DNA of 64,000 nt from positions 7,068,001 to 7,132,000 of the forward strand of contig CM102284.1 in assembly GCA_046563655.1 (NCBI GenBank), given 5' to 3'. Both the position numbers and the translations under genes were made by a program. Below the pieces are notes generated by a model. The model searched no databases. It was given only the letters and a program-made list of their open reading frames with translations, and was not told the origin of the DNA. Numbering within the stretch: the first letter of the stretch is position 1; each line of letters starts with the position of its first letter. This document shows positions 44,101 to 64,000 of the stretch, piece by piece. Source of the DNA: Yuukianura sp. NJ FZ-2021 (Eukaryota).

Positions 44101-46568
44101 AAATTGCGTTGAGGTGGATGAAAGGTTGTAAAAGGTTTGGAAAATTTATTTTCGAACAATGTTGAACCAGGATTGTTCTAAATTTTGAGAAAATTTGAAA
44201 AAAAAACGAGAAAACTACGTCACTAAAATTTTTGTAAATCCAACATGACACCACCGTAGAATGTAAGGCGAGAATCGTAAACATGCAAAGTCGTCTTCCT
44301 TTGCTGGAATGAATTTTTGATGACTCTTTGGGGAACAACAGCGGTGGAACAAATTTCAATTTGAAATTCGCAAAAATTTTTACGAAACTTTTGAGATAAT
44401 TCGTAACTAAGTATAGACAGACGGTAAAGACACAGCTGAATTTTGAAATTCCTTGTGATTAGGCGTGTTTTCGAAAAAGAAATTACTTTCTGCTACTTTC
44501 TCACATAACCCACCCACGCGTTCTACCATTTCCTGTCAATTTTTTACAAATAGTGTTTTTAGAACAAATTTTTTTTTGAAAAGTTCTTACCTTTCGATTT
44601 CCAAAATTTGGGAATTCCAGCATTCCGTCGGATTCGCATTATTTCGAAATTTTCAAAAATATGAAGCTATTGTTCAACTTTTCAAACTCACTGTCACTTG
44701 AATTTCAAGTTACTACAAACAAATTGAGTTTATTTTCGAAGTGAGCTCACCAAGGTCCACATAATATCATAAAAAATCTGAAATTTGGAAACTTTTGGTC
44801 CAAAATCCAAACTTTCTCTTCACAAATTCTTCGGCTGAGTTGCTTTTCTTTGGGTTTTATTTCAGAGTTTCATCAGAGTTTCAAATTTGCAAAAAATGTA
44901 AAAGTTCAGATGTTTTCCAAAACTTTTTCGAGTGTCAAAACCAACTGACAACTGTGATTAAAAAAGTTGCACAAACGAGTGCGACAAGGATAGATCCAGT
45001 CCCTGGAGGTTCTGGAGTGTTTCTCTGGACGTAATCAGTAAACAACTGATTTGAGTTAGGCTAGTAAAGCAGTAGTAATTTTTTAAACCCCCTCTAGTGT
45101 TCTCAAACACGTATTCAAGCTCCTACCAAGTCCCACTACGAACTAGAACTACAAAATTGCAAAACGGGGCTACTAAGATCCCACACGCTTGCTGAGTTTG
45201 TGTCTAGGTCGAAGCAGAAGTAAGTTTGCACTACTCGCAACCTAAATTCCGCTTTATGGGAACTCTGGAGTCGGTGGGAGAAATTTCCTTCCAGAACTTT
45301 GTCCAGAAACTACTTAAGAACAAAGACTTTCTCCAGCACGCAACCAGTTGAATAAGAGAACTCACACTTATGCCATCAAAGTTATGATATCCCAAACCAC
45401 TATTGCTCCAAAAACCCACTTAAGCTTCGGCTGTTGAGAACAAACAAACAAACACTTCTCAAATTTTCTTTTCAAATCCAAAAGATTTGCTGCTAAAAAG
45501 CAAAGGCAAGCTGAAACCGAAATAAAAAAAAAGCTCAAAATAACAAAATGTTTGCAATTTTCGACTTTAACATTGGGATAGGTGGGCTGAATAGCAGTTT
45601 ATGAATTTTCAAAACGCAAAAGGTATTTTTTTTTTTTGAAAATTTGAAAATTTCGGTTTTGTATATGTGATAAACTCTCAGGACTGCAAGTGCTTTGCAA
45701 CTTAAACTTGTAATTAATTCGATTAAATAAGTAGTACAATATTGTTTGAGTAAAACCTTTAAATCCCTGAAGAATGAAAAATTGGAGAGACACAGTTGTG
45801 CAAGTTTCGAAGGAATTAGAGTTGGGTCTAATTCTTTAAGACAGTAATTGTTTAGGCTTTGTGAATTACATAAGTCTGGAAGTTCCAGCTAATCACATGG
45901 CAGGTAGACAGGTGAAAGTTGTGTTCAAATGTGACAGGAGAAATGGAAAAGTTAACAATACGGGGATTATGGAAGTTATTACAAATGTTGTTACGGTGAT
46001 TACTGACACCGGGAACGCAAGTTCACTGACGCAAAGCTGATTCGAGTCGTTAGTTCCCTCAGTCGTGATATTTTTTTTGTGTATTTTTTTTTAGTTGGGG
46101 AAAGTCAATGTTAATCAAAAGAAGAGTTGAAGCACGTGCGTAGAAAAAAAACACGCCTGCTGATGCCACGCTTTCACTCCAGGAAGTTACAATTGTGTAG
46201 GCAAAATTACCCAAATTGGATTAAGTAACTAGTAGTTCAGTTTTTTTCTTCTGTTTTTTGTTAAGTGTTAATTAAAAAAAGCCAGCAAAGCGAAATTTTG
46301 AACTCAGTTGAGTTGCAGTTAAATGGACGTTAAATTGGAGAAAAATTTCAAAATTTTCAATTATGAAAATTGAAAATTTGAAAATTAGGAAAAATAAAAA
46401 TCAACAAAGTTTGATTTTCCAAATGCCATTGTGTTTGGATATTCGCGACGACCAAATTTTAAACGAAGCTTTAGATAACAAGCTTGACAGTATTATATGA
46501 AAAACTAAAGATTTTTTAAATGGAGTTTTACTCCTTTGAAAAATTTAGACTAAACAAAATTTTCAGTT

Positions 46569-49779
<3,211 letters not shown>

Positions 49780-50883
49780 CGCAAGAAAAACAAAAGTCAA
49801 ACGGTTAACCTTTAATAATAAAAAGGTACTAAACGCTTAAAGCTTGGAATTAATCAACAGAAACATATTTTATACTATAAACAACTAGAAGTTAATTGAA
49901 TCAAATATAATGAATACATCTTACAATTAAATAAACACGAATAAGAAGGATTTCACTCGTGTGCTTTCTCCTTAGGAATTTCCGAAGTGAAAAGTGAAAG
50001 TAAATCTAAGAAAAGCGGGAGTGAAAGCGTGAGAATTTCTTGTGGCGGTAAAACAGAAATTCAAATTTTAAGTGGACGGAGGTAAACACGGGTTTGAATT
50101 TACATGTCATGTGTTTTTTTCCGGTTCCAATCTTTTAAGTGGTGGGGTAGTTAAGCAACTCTTCAACGTTTATTTGCTAATTGTTGTGCCATTTAGTGTT
50201 AATTGATCAATTAAAGTTGAAATCGAAGTAGCTACAGTGCAGTTTTAGTTGGGTTGTGGCAGACAACGGAAAAGCCAGTGGTTTTCGTTATCTGAACGTT
50301 TGGGAAGGATCTTTTAGCGTTTCATCGTTTCATCTGCTGCGCCCGCTAAGGTAAGGATCGTTGTACGTTAACTTTAGAGGTCAATAGTTCAGCGATACAC
50401 TAAGTTTAATACTTAATAGAGATTAACGATTTCAGCTGTGTAGAGCATAATACTGTTCGTTTGTTCAGTTGCGCATAGATTTATGAACTGTACCCCCCGT
50501 CCTTTGTTAGGTTAGGTTAACCTAACCTAACATAGCCAACAATAGAGGGTGCGATTTGTTGCTTTTTTGAATTTGCCGCCACGGATTATAATGTGGGGGT
50601 ACAATACAATGCAATTTGGGGGGTACAACGGACAGAGTCAAAGTTTACTTCAACCAGGTAAAGGATAGTTGTCCGAGATTAACGATTTCAGCTGTGTAGA
50701 GCATACTGTTCGTTCTTTTTGAGTCTGACAGTCAGACTCTGACTCTATGTGGGTTAAAAGGTTAAGTAATATTAGCCAGTTCCTAATTTTTAGCAGTTAG
50801 CCAAAATGTCAAAAGCAAAGGATTCAGTGACTTTTCCAAGGGTCACTGATTCAATTATTAGCCGTTAGCCAGTGTAACACTAA

Positions 50884-51131
50884 TGGCCAGTTCGACCATT
50901 GCAGGTTAAAGTTAAACGGAGTTTAGTGCAAACTAGTTCCACCTTTAAACTCAATTAACTTAATTATGCGTCAATTAATCTTGGCATACAAGGTATCAAA
51001 ATTCTTGTATTCCTCCGCCGGTTAAAGTCTGGTTAAATTTAACCGACCGATTTTCTCCAGTTAAATTTTTTAATCTCCGGTTAAATATTTAAACTCCGTT
51101 AAAATTTAACCTGCAATGGACGAACCGGGCA
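50884..51131. mobile_element. PIF/Harbinger (Tourist-like) MITE, 248 bp
   Basis: ~42-bp imperfect TIRs (TGGCCAGTTCGACCATTGCAGGTTAAAGTTAAACGGAGTTTA vs reverse complement TGCCCGGTTCGTCCATTGCAGGTTAAATTTTAACGGAGTTTA). TAA target duplication at 50881-50883 and 51132-51134. Confidence 0.8.
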
Positions 51132-51871
51132 TAAGGGCAGGAACGTAAAAGAAAGAACTTAGCTAACGAAGTACGAAGTACCATACCATACAGTCCGAAA
51201 TACACTTGACCTGTTACCTACCTGGATGTTCCTTATGGTGAGTTTGATACCGTTAATGTTAATTCTGGCTAGAAATCGATGGAACCTATTGAATCGATTG
51301 AAATACTTGTGCAATTGAATCAAATACTGGCTAAACTCTACGGAAGAGGTTGTTTATCAGCTGTTCCAGGATCCCGGCTGAGTATGACAACGGCGTTTGT
51401 TTGTCCGCATAAACTTTTTGCATTTGTCTCATTTTTGCTGTGGGATGGTCCAATGTTATGCTCCTGTTCTAAGTTTTTGTGCGTTAGCGTTGTCCTTGTC
51501 GTATCGGACCTTGGACTTTTAATCTTTGACAAGAAGCTTTTCAAGTTAAAAAGTTTGCCTTTTTGGTGTCAATTTGCCAAAAACAGAGCTTTGTTTACAG
51601 TTAATTGAGTATGACAGTAGTGAAATTTGAACAATTTTGGAAAACGAATGTTGAAACGATACAAAATCAAGATATAGGAAATAAGCATTGATTCGATGGA
51701 TGGTGATGGTTTCCAGTTAATTTTCGGCCAGGATACTGGATACTGTAGAGATCAGCTAAAATTCAGTTATTTGTTACTTCTTGTTTAGTCAATATTTCAT
51801 AACTAATCTTTAACATTTACTTCCTCTTATTCACTTTTTACTAATAATAATCTATAAATTGTTTGTAGATC

Positions 51872-54800
51872 ATGGATTTGTCAAAATTGATTGAAGAAGT
51901 GTACAACAGTGAAACTGAAGCCGAACGAGAGGAGTACGGAAAACGAATTGCAAACGGTGAGCAACGTTTTTTTCGTTTTACACAGAACAGCCAATTTTCA
52001 TACACTGATTGACTAACATTGATTTATGTTTTTCAGGAATCATGGAAGATGAAGTCAAATTGGTACAAGTTGTGGAAGCATTGGGATCTCGACTGACAAG
52101 TACTGCTGTTGATGATCGAATTCTTGGAATGGGTCTTCTTGGACACATTTTAGAAAACCTGAAATCTGACTTCCTCTCTGAAACGGAACTGGATTTCATT
52201 GTGGAATTTTTACACGATCGACTTAAAGATCAGCAGCTCGTAATTCCCAAAGTTATTCGCTGTATCTTGCCTGTCGTAAGTTTACCAGAATTTAACAAAA
52301 ATTTCGAAGTTAATTAAATTTTATTAATTTTTGCTTAATTACTAGGTTCAATGCTCCAACTTGCCAGAAGGGTGCTGTTCGAAACTACTTCTGCAACTGT
52401 TCCAGGAAGCCAATATCCAGTCTCACAGTCAACGTCATCGTAGAGCCTTCTTTCTCATAGTACAACATCTTCTACAGAAACGATTAGACGGTAAACATTT
52501 TCTGATACTTTTGTATACTTTCTCTCGTCATTTGATTTCTAAGATTCTATGAAAGTTTTGTCTTTTCAGAAATTAAGCAACTCGGATCCGAATTTGTGAT
52601 GAACTTTCTCCAAGCAATGGACGGAGAAAAAGACCCGCGTAATCTTCTGCTCCTGTTCGACATGATTCCGACCATTTTGACTCACTTCCCGCTGGGTCCT
52701 TTTGTTGAAGACTTTTTCGAAATTCTCTCAATGTATTTTCCCATCGATTTTAGTCCGGTAAGTTAAACAAGATTGATCCCTTGCTCTTTCTTCCTTCTAA
52801 GCAACCTATAATTAGATTACTTAACGAGCATGGAGACGTGTCGGACCACTGGCATGTCTGTCATCACCGCGCACTAAATGACAGTGTCCGATTCACTATT
52901 ACTTGATATAATTGGATTTCGAACGATATACTATTGGTTAGCTAACGCTCCGAAGAGTCAAAATAGGTTGTAACATAGCCACCCACTAAACCTTGAGCCA
53001 AGGAACCACACTAATTCGTTTTTGATTAGACTGTAGGCGGACCTGATGCCGAGGTCACTACGAGAGCTGAACTGGCGAAGCGTCTCCATACCTGTATGTC
53101 TCAGACGAATCAATTTTCTGAATACCTCGTCCCACTCACGCTTGAAAAGTTGGAATCCAGCATCATTGAAGCAAAATTGGACGCGCTCAATCTTCTCGTA
53201 TGTCTATCTCAAAATTTTATTTCTCGGAAAGAGTTTGTTTACCTAGTATAAAGTTCTAAGAAACTTCAATTTCAGCCAAGTTATTTAGTTTTGCACTTCA
53301 AAATCCACAAAACACGTGCTCACAAACCATTTTCCTTATGAGAACGTGGTTATGTGATGCTGATACTGCTTCAAAACTCTTCCTGCCTACTTATAAAACT
53401 TTCGCTTCGTTTGGAATAATTAGATATGCCTTTCCACTTGGTTGAAGTTCCCATTTATTACAGTTGCTTGCTTCTTGTTCTGCCCACGACACAATGAAAG
53501 GGCACCAGGGATGAATGCGTTATGAAAAGACTAATTGAAATTCTTGTTCGTTTTTCCTAGGAAATGTGTTGCGAGCGGAGTTATTTGGCGGAAGATCTAC
53601 AACCTCATTTACCATCCATTTGGCACGCACTCAGGAGAGAAATTTTCATGTCGAAGAACGAAGACGTGGAGAAAGCGGCTAATGCTTTTCTGCGCTCTGC
53701 CTTCAAGCGTCTTTCTCAAAATGAAGAAATCCTGGAAGAGAGTCTCAAGCTAATCTTCTCAGGTTCGTTTTTGTATATTTACGAATCAACTCGAATCTCA
53801 ACCACTTTTTGGTAAGCGGAGCTTGACACTCCGAATTCTCATGGTTTTCCAATGAAATTTAAGTTTAAAACTTATAAGAAAACGGGGTTTATGATGCTCT
53901 GATGGCGTATTGGATCTGGGTTTAGTTGGAAGTATTCTGAATTGCTGTTTTTATTTTTTCAGAATGTCGACATCATTTGTCAGAACCAGAATTAAGACTG
54001 AGTCAACCGGCAAGTAAGATCCTGTGCTCAGCGGCAGCTGGAAGTGAAGTTTCATGTGCTCGTGTCATTTCAATGACACTTCCATTTCTTTACGAACAGT
54101 TTACCACGAAAACGTCAAATCCAGAACGCAGGGGAGTACTCGGCATAATGATTACCATGATGGCCGCTATTCGTCCGTTTCCAACATGTAAGTTTTCAAA
54201 AACTTATGCTTTTAAATTAGAGTGGATTCAATTTTTTTTAGAAAGATTTGTTTCCGGTTCGCGGAAGATACAGAGTTTCAAAATAATTTTTGTGGTTGAT
54301 GAAGGTCTTTTGAAACTAAAAGCCAAAAGTTGTTGTTAAAGCTTTTAGCTTTTCCAGTGCGATTTTGTGTATAAGTGAAAGCGGAAGTGAAAGAAAACTT
54401 TCGAGTTAGTTTTAAGCTGGTGGTTGTGATGGTTGTCATCCTGAATTTATGTTTTCTGTAATTTTCAGTAAGCCTGTCTGTGCTGCTTAGCAACTGGGAT
54501 GAAGTTCTGTGGATGTGGTTTTCTCTACTGAGTCATTCCCACGATCACTTTGTTCTGCTTTCTCTTCACGCCTTTCTGACACTTCTGGATAATGAAAGTG
54601 AAAAGACACGTCTTACTGGAACGGAAGATCAGCATCCGGATATCGATGAAAAGAACAGAGAGTTACTACAGGCCCACATGCTCAGCATTTTACAAAAAGA
54701 TCAAAGGGAGGAACAAGATGAAGACGGAAATCAAAGCCTTCTACCCCAAATTACGTAAATTACTTTGACTTCTTTTTGAAGTGAAAGGGTGTACTTTTTT

Positions 54801-57772
54801 CATCCATTGATTTGGTGAAATCAAATCCACTTTCCAAATCTCTTTTGTTTGAAATTTGAATTTGGGCTTACAGAGCTGGATTTGTGGCTTTTTAGTCTTT
54901 TCGGAGGAGATTTTGGTTTTTCTATTGAAATCCTCGTTTCGCGTAAAAAGATTTCATTAATTCTGTTTTTTTTTAAAATTGTATTCCAGATCCCAAGTAA
55001 TCAGAACAATGCGTGTCCTGGCGTTGAAGTTTCCTGATGAGTTTTTGAAAAGTTCTGTTCCGAAGATGTTGGATCTCGTTGGGCAGGATAATCTTAGTGC
55101 GGATGAGATTAGTGGAACTAAAATGAAAAAATACTTGCTGTCGCTGTCTTCCGTTTCCGCCTCCGTTCCAGTAGCAAAAGTCGTAATTCCGAATTTGATG
55201 AAGATACTTGTCCAGAGGAAAACGAGAAACGAAAGTTACGACCTCATCATAGAAACTGTGTTGTCCATTGTTGACTCTCCGCGAGAAAAAGTCGAAGAAA
55301 TGCGGGACTTAATGAATTGTGTTGCAGCGCATTTGACTACTCTCGTGGGAGCTGGACTTGAGGCTAGAAAAAACAACAAGGCTGTTTTATATGGCCAGAT
55401 CGCTGGAATCGTACGAACGCTGATTCAAAATTCTGGGAGAGAAAAGCAACAGGAACTAATCAACTCCTACTGGAATCAGCAACCGCCTGAGGATAATAAG
55501 CGGATCGATGTGAGTGTTTTTATTTTGATTTGTGAGCCTTTGATCAAAAGTGGACGTGCGAAGTGTTTACAATTGGATCAAATGATGAACTACTTTCTAT
55601 GTTTGGATTTTCAGGGAATGTTGCGGGAAGCGTTTCTGGCCTCAGTCCATCCGTCTGTGGACATAGCTGACAAGGATGACTTGATAAAGAGTTTGGTGGA
55701 GAAAGTATTTTCACCACCCCCAGAAGACGGAATGAATGAAGAGATCAAGGGAAACAGCACGCCTAACGGAACTGAAAGTCCACAAGACATGGATTCCCTG
55801 GCTGACATTCGTCTTTTCGCCTCTTTTCTCAACAAAGCTGAAGGTTCGTAAAGACTTTTCAAGTTCAAAAACTAAATTATAAACCTGATGATATGAATTT
55901 TAAACGCAAATAATCTAATTCGATTCGTCAAAAATTTGAACCTTCTCTTCCTCCGAAGCGAAAAATTTGAAAGGATTGCTAGATTGTTAAATTATGCTAA
56001 AAAGTGAAGAGACAATTTTGCTGAGGAGGAAGAAAAAGTGAAACTTCAATTTCGAAGATAGAAGGAAAATGATGTTAAAACGTAATGCAAACGCTGTTTC
56101 GAGTATTGATTGATGTGCTTTTTTCTGTGTTTTAGAAAACGAGTTTTCCATGTTATTGGCAAAAGTGGAAGGATTACTGACAGAGGAGCTTCCAGTTCCA
56201 GCAGCACAACCGGAAACTGAACCTAAATCAATGAATTTGGACGACGCTGGAGATAGAATTTCTCCAGCAGAAGAGGCGACGAGCCTAAATATAGAACAAA
56301 TTAGCAATGAACTTCCCACGCTTACTCCGCCCGCGTCGAACCGAATACGAAATATTGTCACGTTTTTTAGTTGGACCGTGAAGGCTTTGGCTGTAAGAGG
56401 CTATGAGAACTTGGACGACTGGGTTCAAGTGAAGGTAAAAAAAAATCGGTTTGTTTAATCAACCAATACAACGTTTTTGCTGTAATGGAACTGTGGATTC
56501 TGAATGCAACACAGATTTCTAAAGTGGAATTATTTTATAGAAGTGTTTCTGTTTGGGAGGAAATTACAAAGAAAAAGGGAAAATTTTGAATTGAAAACAC
56601 GTTTTTATTATAAAATGGTTTATAATTTCCGTTTTTCATTTCAGATGATTCGTATGCTCAACAGTCCTGTTTACGGAAAATGGATTGCAGAAGGATTTTC
56701 AGTGCTGATGTCAGACTCCCCGGAGTCACTTAATGCAAAATCATTTTGTAATTTTAGGTAAGATGACGGGAAGGATGCTGAGTTGAGCACAATGTGCTCA
56801 GCACATCTTGGTGTGAAAATATTCTCTCCAGCATGTGCTTTCTACTAACAAGTTTAGAAAAAATCAACTTTTCAAAAAATTCACGTTTCTTTTCATATTT
56901 TTTCTCAGGTTCTTGTATAAACAAAGAGTGTTTCAGCTCTCCATTCCAAAGTTGGTTGAAGGTTACCGGCAAGCAAGACAAGAAGTGAAACCTAACTTCA
57001 TTCGAGCTCTTACGGGACAACTGACTCATGTCCCTGAAGTTGTACTCAAGATGGAGTTGAACAATGTGAGAACATTGAAATTGAATTTACGTTGAAGTAA
57101 AAAAAAGATTGAATCAAAGAACTTAGTTTTTATTCAAACTTTGTGAGATTGCAGGTCGTACCTTTACTTGTTGGGAGTCTGGAGTACCAACTTCCAGAAG
57201 AAGAAGAGAAAGATGAAGTAGTCATTTCCAGAAATGCTGGGAATGCTCCACTCCTCTTGTCTTCATTGACTGCTCTCCAAGAACTTTTGAATCCAGCATC
57301 TTCATCATCGAATGCTGGAAGTCCGGCAAATGGAAATGCAAAATCATCGCCACTTTTAGAGTACTATGCAGATTTAGTTCCAAGACTCCTGCGACTTTCT
57401 CGATATCTAGGATTTATGGTAAGTAAAAAGAAAGTTACGATTTTAACATATTCGGTTTTACTTTTGTTTTGAAAATTTTACTTTTGCAGAAAGTAAGAAT
57501 CTTGGCACTAAAATGTCTCCAGCGATGTGCCAAATTTCCAATTCACATGATGGTTCCGATCAAAGAACAAGTAAGAAACTGAAACAATGAACATCTTCAA
57601 GAAAAATTGTTAACGTTTTTGTGCTATATTCTAAATTTTTTGAAATTTTGAACATGTCTAGGTCATATTTGAACTCCGACCTTGCCTAGATGATCCCAAG
57701 CGTTTGGTGCGGAAAGACGCCGTGTTGTGCAAAAATATTTGGACGCTGACCAACGCTCCGGGAGGAATGTAA
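51872..57772 (+). CDS. MMS19: MMS19 nucleotide excision repair / cytosolic Fe-S assembly factor (HEAT-like)
   Basis: LVQVVEALGSRLTS, FLQAMDGEKDPRNLLLLF, EDFFEILSMYFPIDFSP, KALAVRG, FLYKQRVF, MKVRILALKCL and LRPCLDDPKRLVRKDAV match MMS19 N- and C-terminal signatures. Many GT-AG introns. Confidence 0.93.
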
Positions 57773-58617
57773 AGGTGCGTCTCTGACAATCCATTCGGTA
57801 AGAAGTTAACTTACAGTTTGCAAATATGAAAAGCTGTAAGTTAACTTAATTGGTTCCAGGTTTTTGGAAATAAATGGAGCGTAGCTTTACTTGAGTTGCC
57901 TTTATTTAATTACATTACATCACAAAATAATTATTGGATTGAGTAAAAGTGTGTAAAACTTGGATTGGAGCTTGGGATGAAACGGAGCGTTTCCTGCCTC
58001 TCCTAAGCTTACAGTTTAACTACTAAATTCATTACAAAATTACTCGGAACTTACACGCACTAAACCTAAAGAGCCTACACTTAAAACCTAAGTTGAATTA
58101 ATTTTAAACTAAGTTTAAAAAAAAAACCGATGATCTCACTTTGGTGTAGCAATTGGTAGTATACAAAAAAGGCAAACTTACAAGGACTTAAAATTTCTCA
58201 AGTACTGGAAGCAAACCTCTAAGGTATAATTCTCAATGATTAGTACTTTTAAGTTAATTGGCTAACCAAGTTAGTTAATTAGTTAATTATCAATTGGTGG
58301 TAGTACTGGTATGTTTCAAATGAGGAAGAAAGGAATCAATCAATTACTTTCACAACACGACGATGACGACTAAATCCTTAATCACAATTGAATGAACACA
58401 TTAGAAGTGTATAAATTATTAACCTTAAAAAGTATAAGTATTATTACTCAAATGAGGGCAATTGCGGTGACAGTCCAGCAGAAAAAACGAATTTAACTCG
58501 TTTTTCAAATTAATTTCTGAAAAACGAATGTCGTGTTTTCTCTCTTTTTTAAAAATACTCGTACAAGCTGCTTAAAATTTTAAGAGCTGCTAGATATTAC
58601 GTCGTTAGCTGCATTTT

Positions 58618-62593
<3,976 letters not shown>

Positions 62594-64000
62594 CTCTTCA
62601 GCCAAGCTGAACAAGGTAACCACCACTTCTTTTCTTCCCTAACCTTGCTTAAACTCTACTCTGCTGTCTTAAGCCACTTTCGCACTTCTGGAAGAGGTTG
62701 AGTTGCGGAAGGTCATGACTCATTGGAATGAATCAGTTTGGTCACTCTTAATTCGGTTTTTCCCTGGACCAATACTGGCAGTAGTAAGTTAGTAAGCAGC
62801 AGCAGTAAAGAATTCTACCCGTTTGATTAATATTCCGAAGAAGGGAGTCTCGTAGTGATAGTGGTGGTAGTGAATAATAAAAATCTAAAGGGGAGATCCG
62901 ACGCATGGAAGGTACACTGCACAGAGGCTACACTAAAGTAAACGGGCTTAGCTAAGCCTCTGATGCTGCTGAACTGCAAAGAACAAGGAAAATTTTCCCC
63001 TTTTCATGAATTTTTTCTTCAAACTTTTGGTTTTTTCTTCAAACTAAAAGCTATACGGTCCATGGCTTCTTCGCTTCGGGTAAAAGTTTTTGTTCCGTCG
63101 AAATTTTTTTTCCTTCTGGTGTAGCCGGCCCTGATCTTTAGGGAAAATCTTTTTTTCAAGTCATAAACTTAAACCTGAACTCGGAGGTTGAGGACCAGAG
63201 AGAGGCTGTGATCTCTGAGAGAGTTTTAGAGAGGAGATACATCGAACAGTGTTAAGGTTTTGAACGATGTTGGAAGATGAGAATCCTTGAGAAAAAGCAG
63301 TTTAGTCCCAGTTCTATTGACCTCAGGAAAGGAAATCTCGATTGTCTTGTTGCAATTCAAAAGCAGGAGGCCCTTATTGTCCCAGCAAAAAGGCTCCCTC
63401 TTTTTTTCGAAAAGAGCTTTCAAAATTTGTTGAGAAAATTCAAGGGTCCCTGTGTCCTGGAAGATGCTTTGGCTAGGGCTAATACCTCTTCAAGCCTCCT
63501 CGAAGTCCCCTCTTGCTCTCTTTTTGCTAACCTTTTTTTGAAAATGGATTGCAGTGATTTAAATTTCAAAATTTCTTTGAGATTTCGAAAACCCTCTTCT
63601 TCGGGTATTCTCTGACTGAACGGCGTTTACCGTTGGTAGACCGTGATTTTAAAAAGCGGGCAACTGCCAACCGGTTCTAAATTTTTTGAAGATACGGTGT
63701 GGACCGCCGCGGTGGAGTAAGGGTGGGCCTGGAAGGAGCAACATTTGGATTGTATTTGATATTTGTTCCATGGGAGGCAGGTTGTGCCAAACGGAGAATC
63801 GATGGGAAAGGCAAAGGGAGGGAGAAGCCTCTCCTAATCATAAAACTTAATTGAACGAAATTGATCTCCGTTGGGCCCACGGTCATGCAAAGATCCTGGA
63901 AGGACTAGGGACAGGAGGAGTGTGGAGTAGAATGCTGGAAGTGGAACTGGAAGAACCGATTTTGAAATGCATTTCGAATGGGAGCGGCTTTTTTAAAATT

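Noticed and set aside
41200-46560. Long AT-rich interval with many short ORFs
   Set aside because: No coherent exon chain; most likely the RTK 5' regulatory/UTR region and DECR1 3' flank.
53888-53942. Possible C/D-box snoRNA in an MMS19 intron
   Set aside because: C box is imperfect (ATGATGC), the span is short, and no rRNA antisense element was recognised.
62640-64000. Short ORFs upstream of the ZSWIM gene
   Set aside because: No recognisable motifs and frames break; probably ZSWIM 5' UTR or promoter, or part of a gene outside the window.

Overview
Compact, AT-rich eukaryotic (invertebrate, probably arthropod) genomic DNA with many short GT-AG introns. Host genes in order: WASP-family gene with an unusually long N-terminal extension (+, starts before the window), UNC-93-like MFS protein (+), two orphan genes (+), two-pore K+ channel (-), SGSM3 (+), C-type lectin (+), Torso-like receptor tyrosine kinase (-), 2,4-dienoyl-CoA reductase (-), MMS19 (+) and a ZSWIM4/5/6-like gene (-). 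The 13-kb first coding intron of the kinase holds a nest of mobile DNA. The main element is an 8.5-kb Ty3/Gypsy LTR retrotransposon (29865-38351, 4-bp CAGA target duplication) with intact gag and -1-frameshifted pol, a 622-bp 5' LTR, and only the last 46 bp of the 3' LTR. It sits between ~175-bp inverted repeats and next to an internally deleted Helitron-like PIF1 helicase remnant. The most striking observation is the retroelement's ~2-kb leader. It is almost free of ATG, and its three ATGs each open a small hydrophobic ORF (44, 39 and 124 aa) in tandem before gag. Start contexts are graded and candidate splice sites bracket the first ORF. This may be a membrane-microprotein cassette, possibly for Env-independent spread (inference). 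Exon boundaries were read by eye and no database searches were run.
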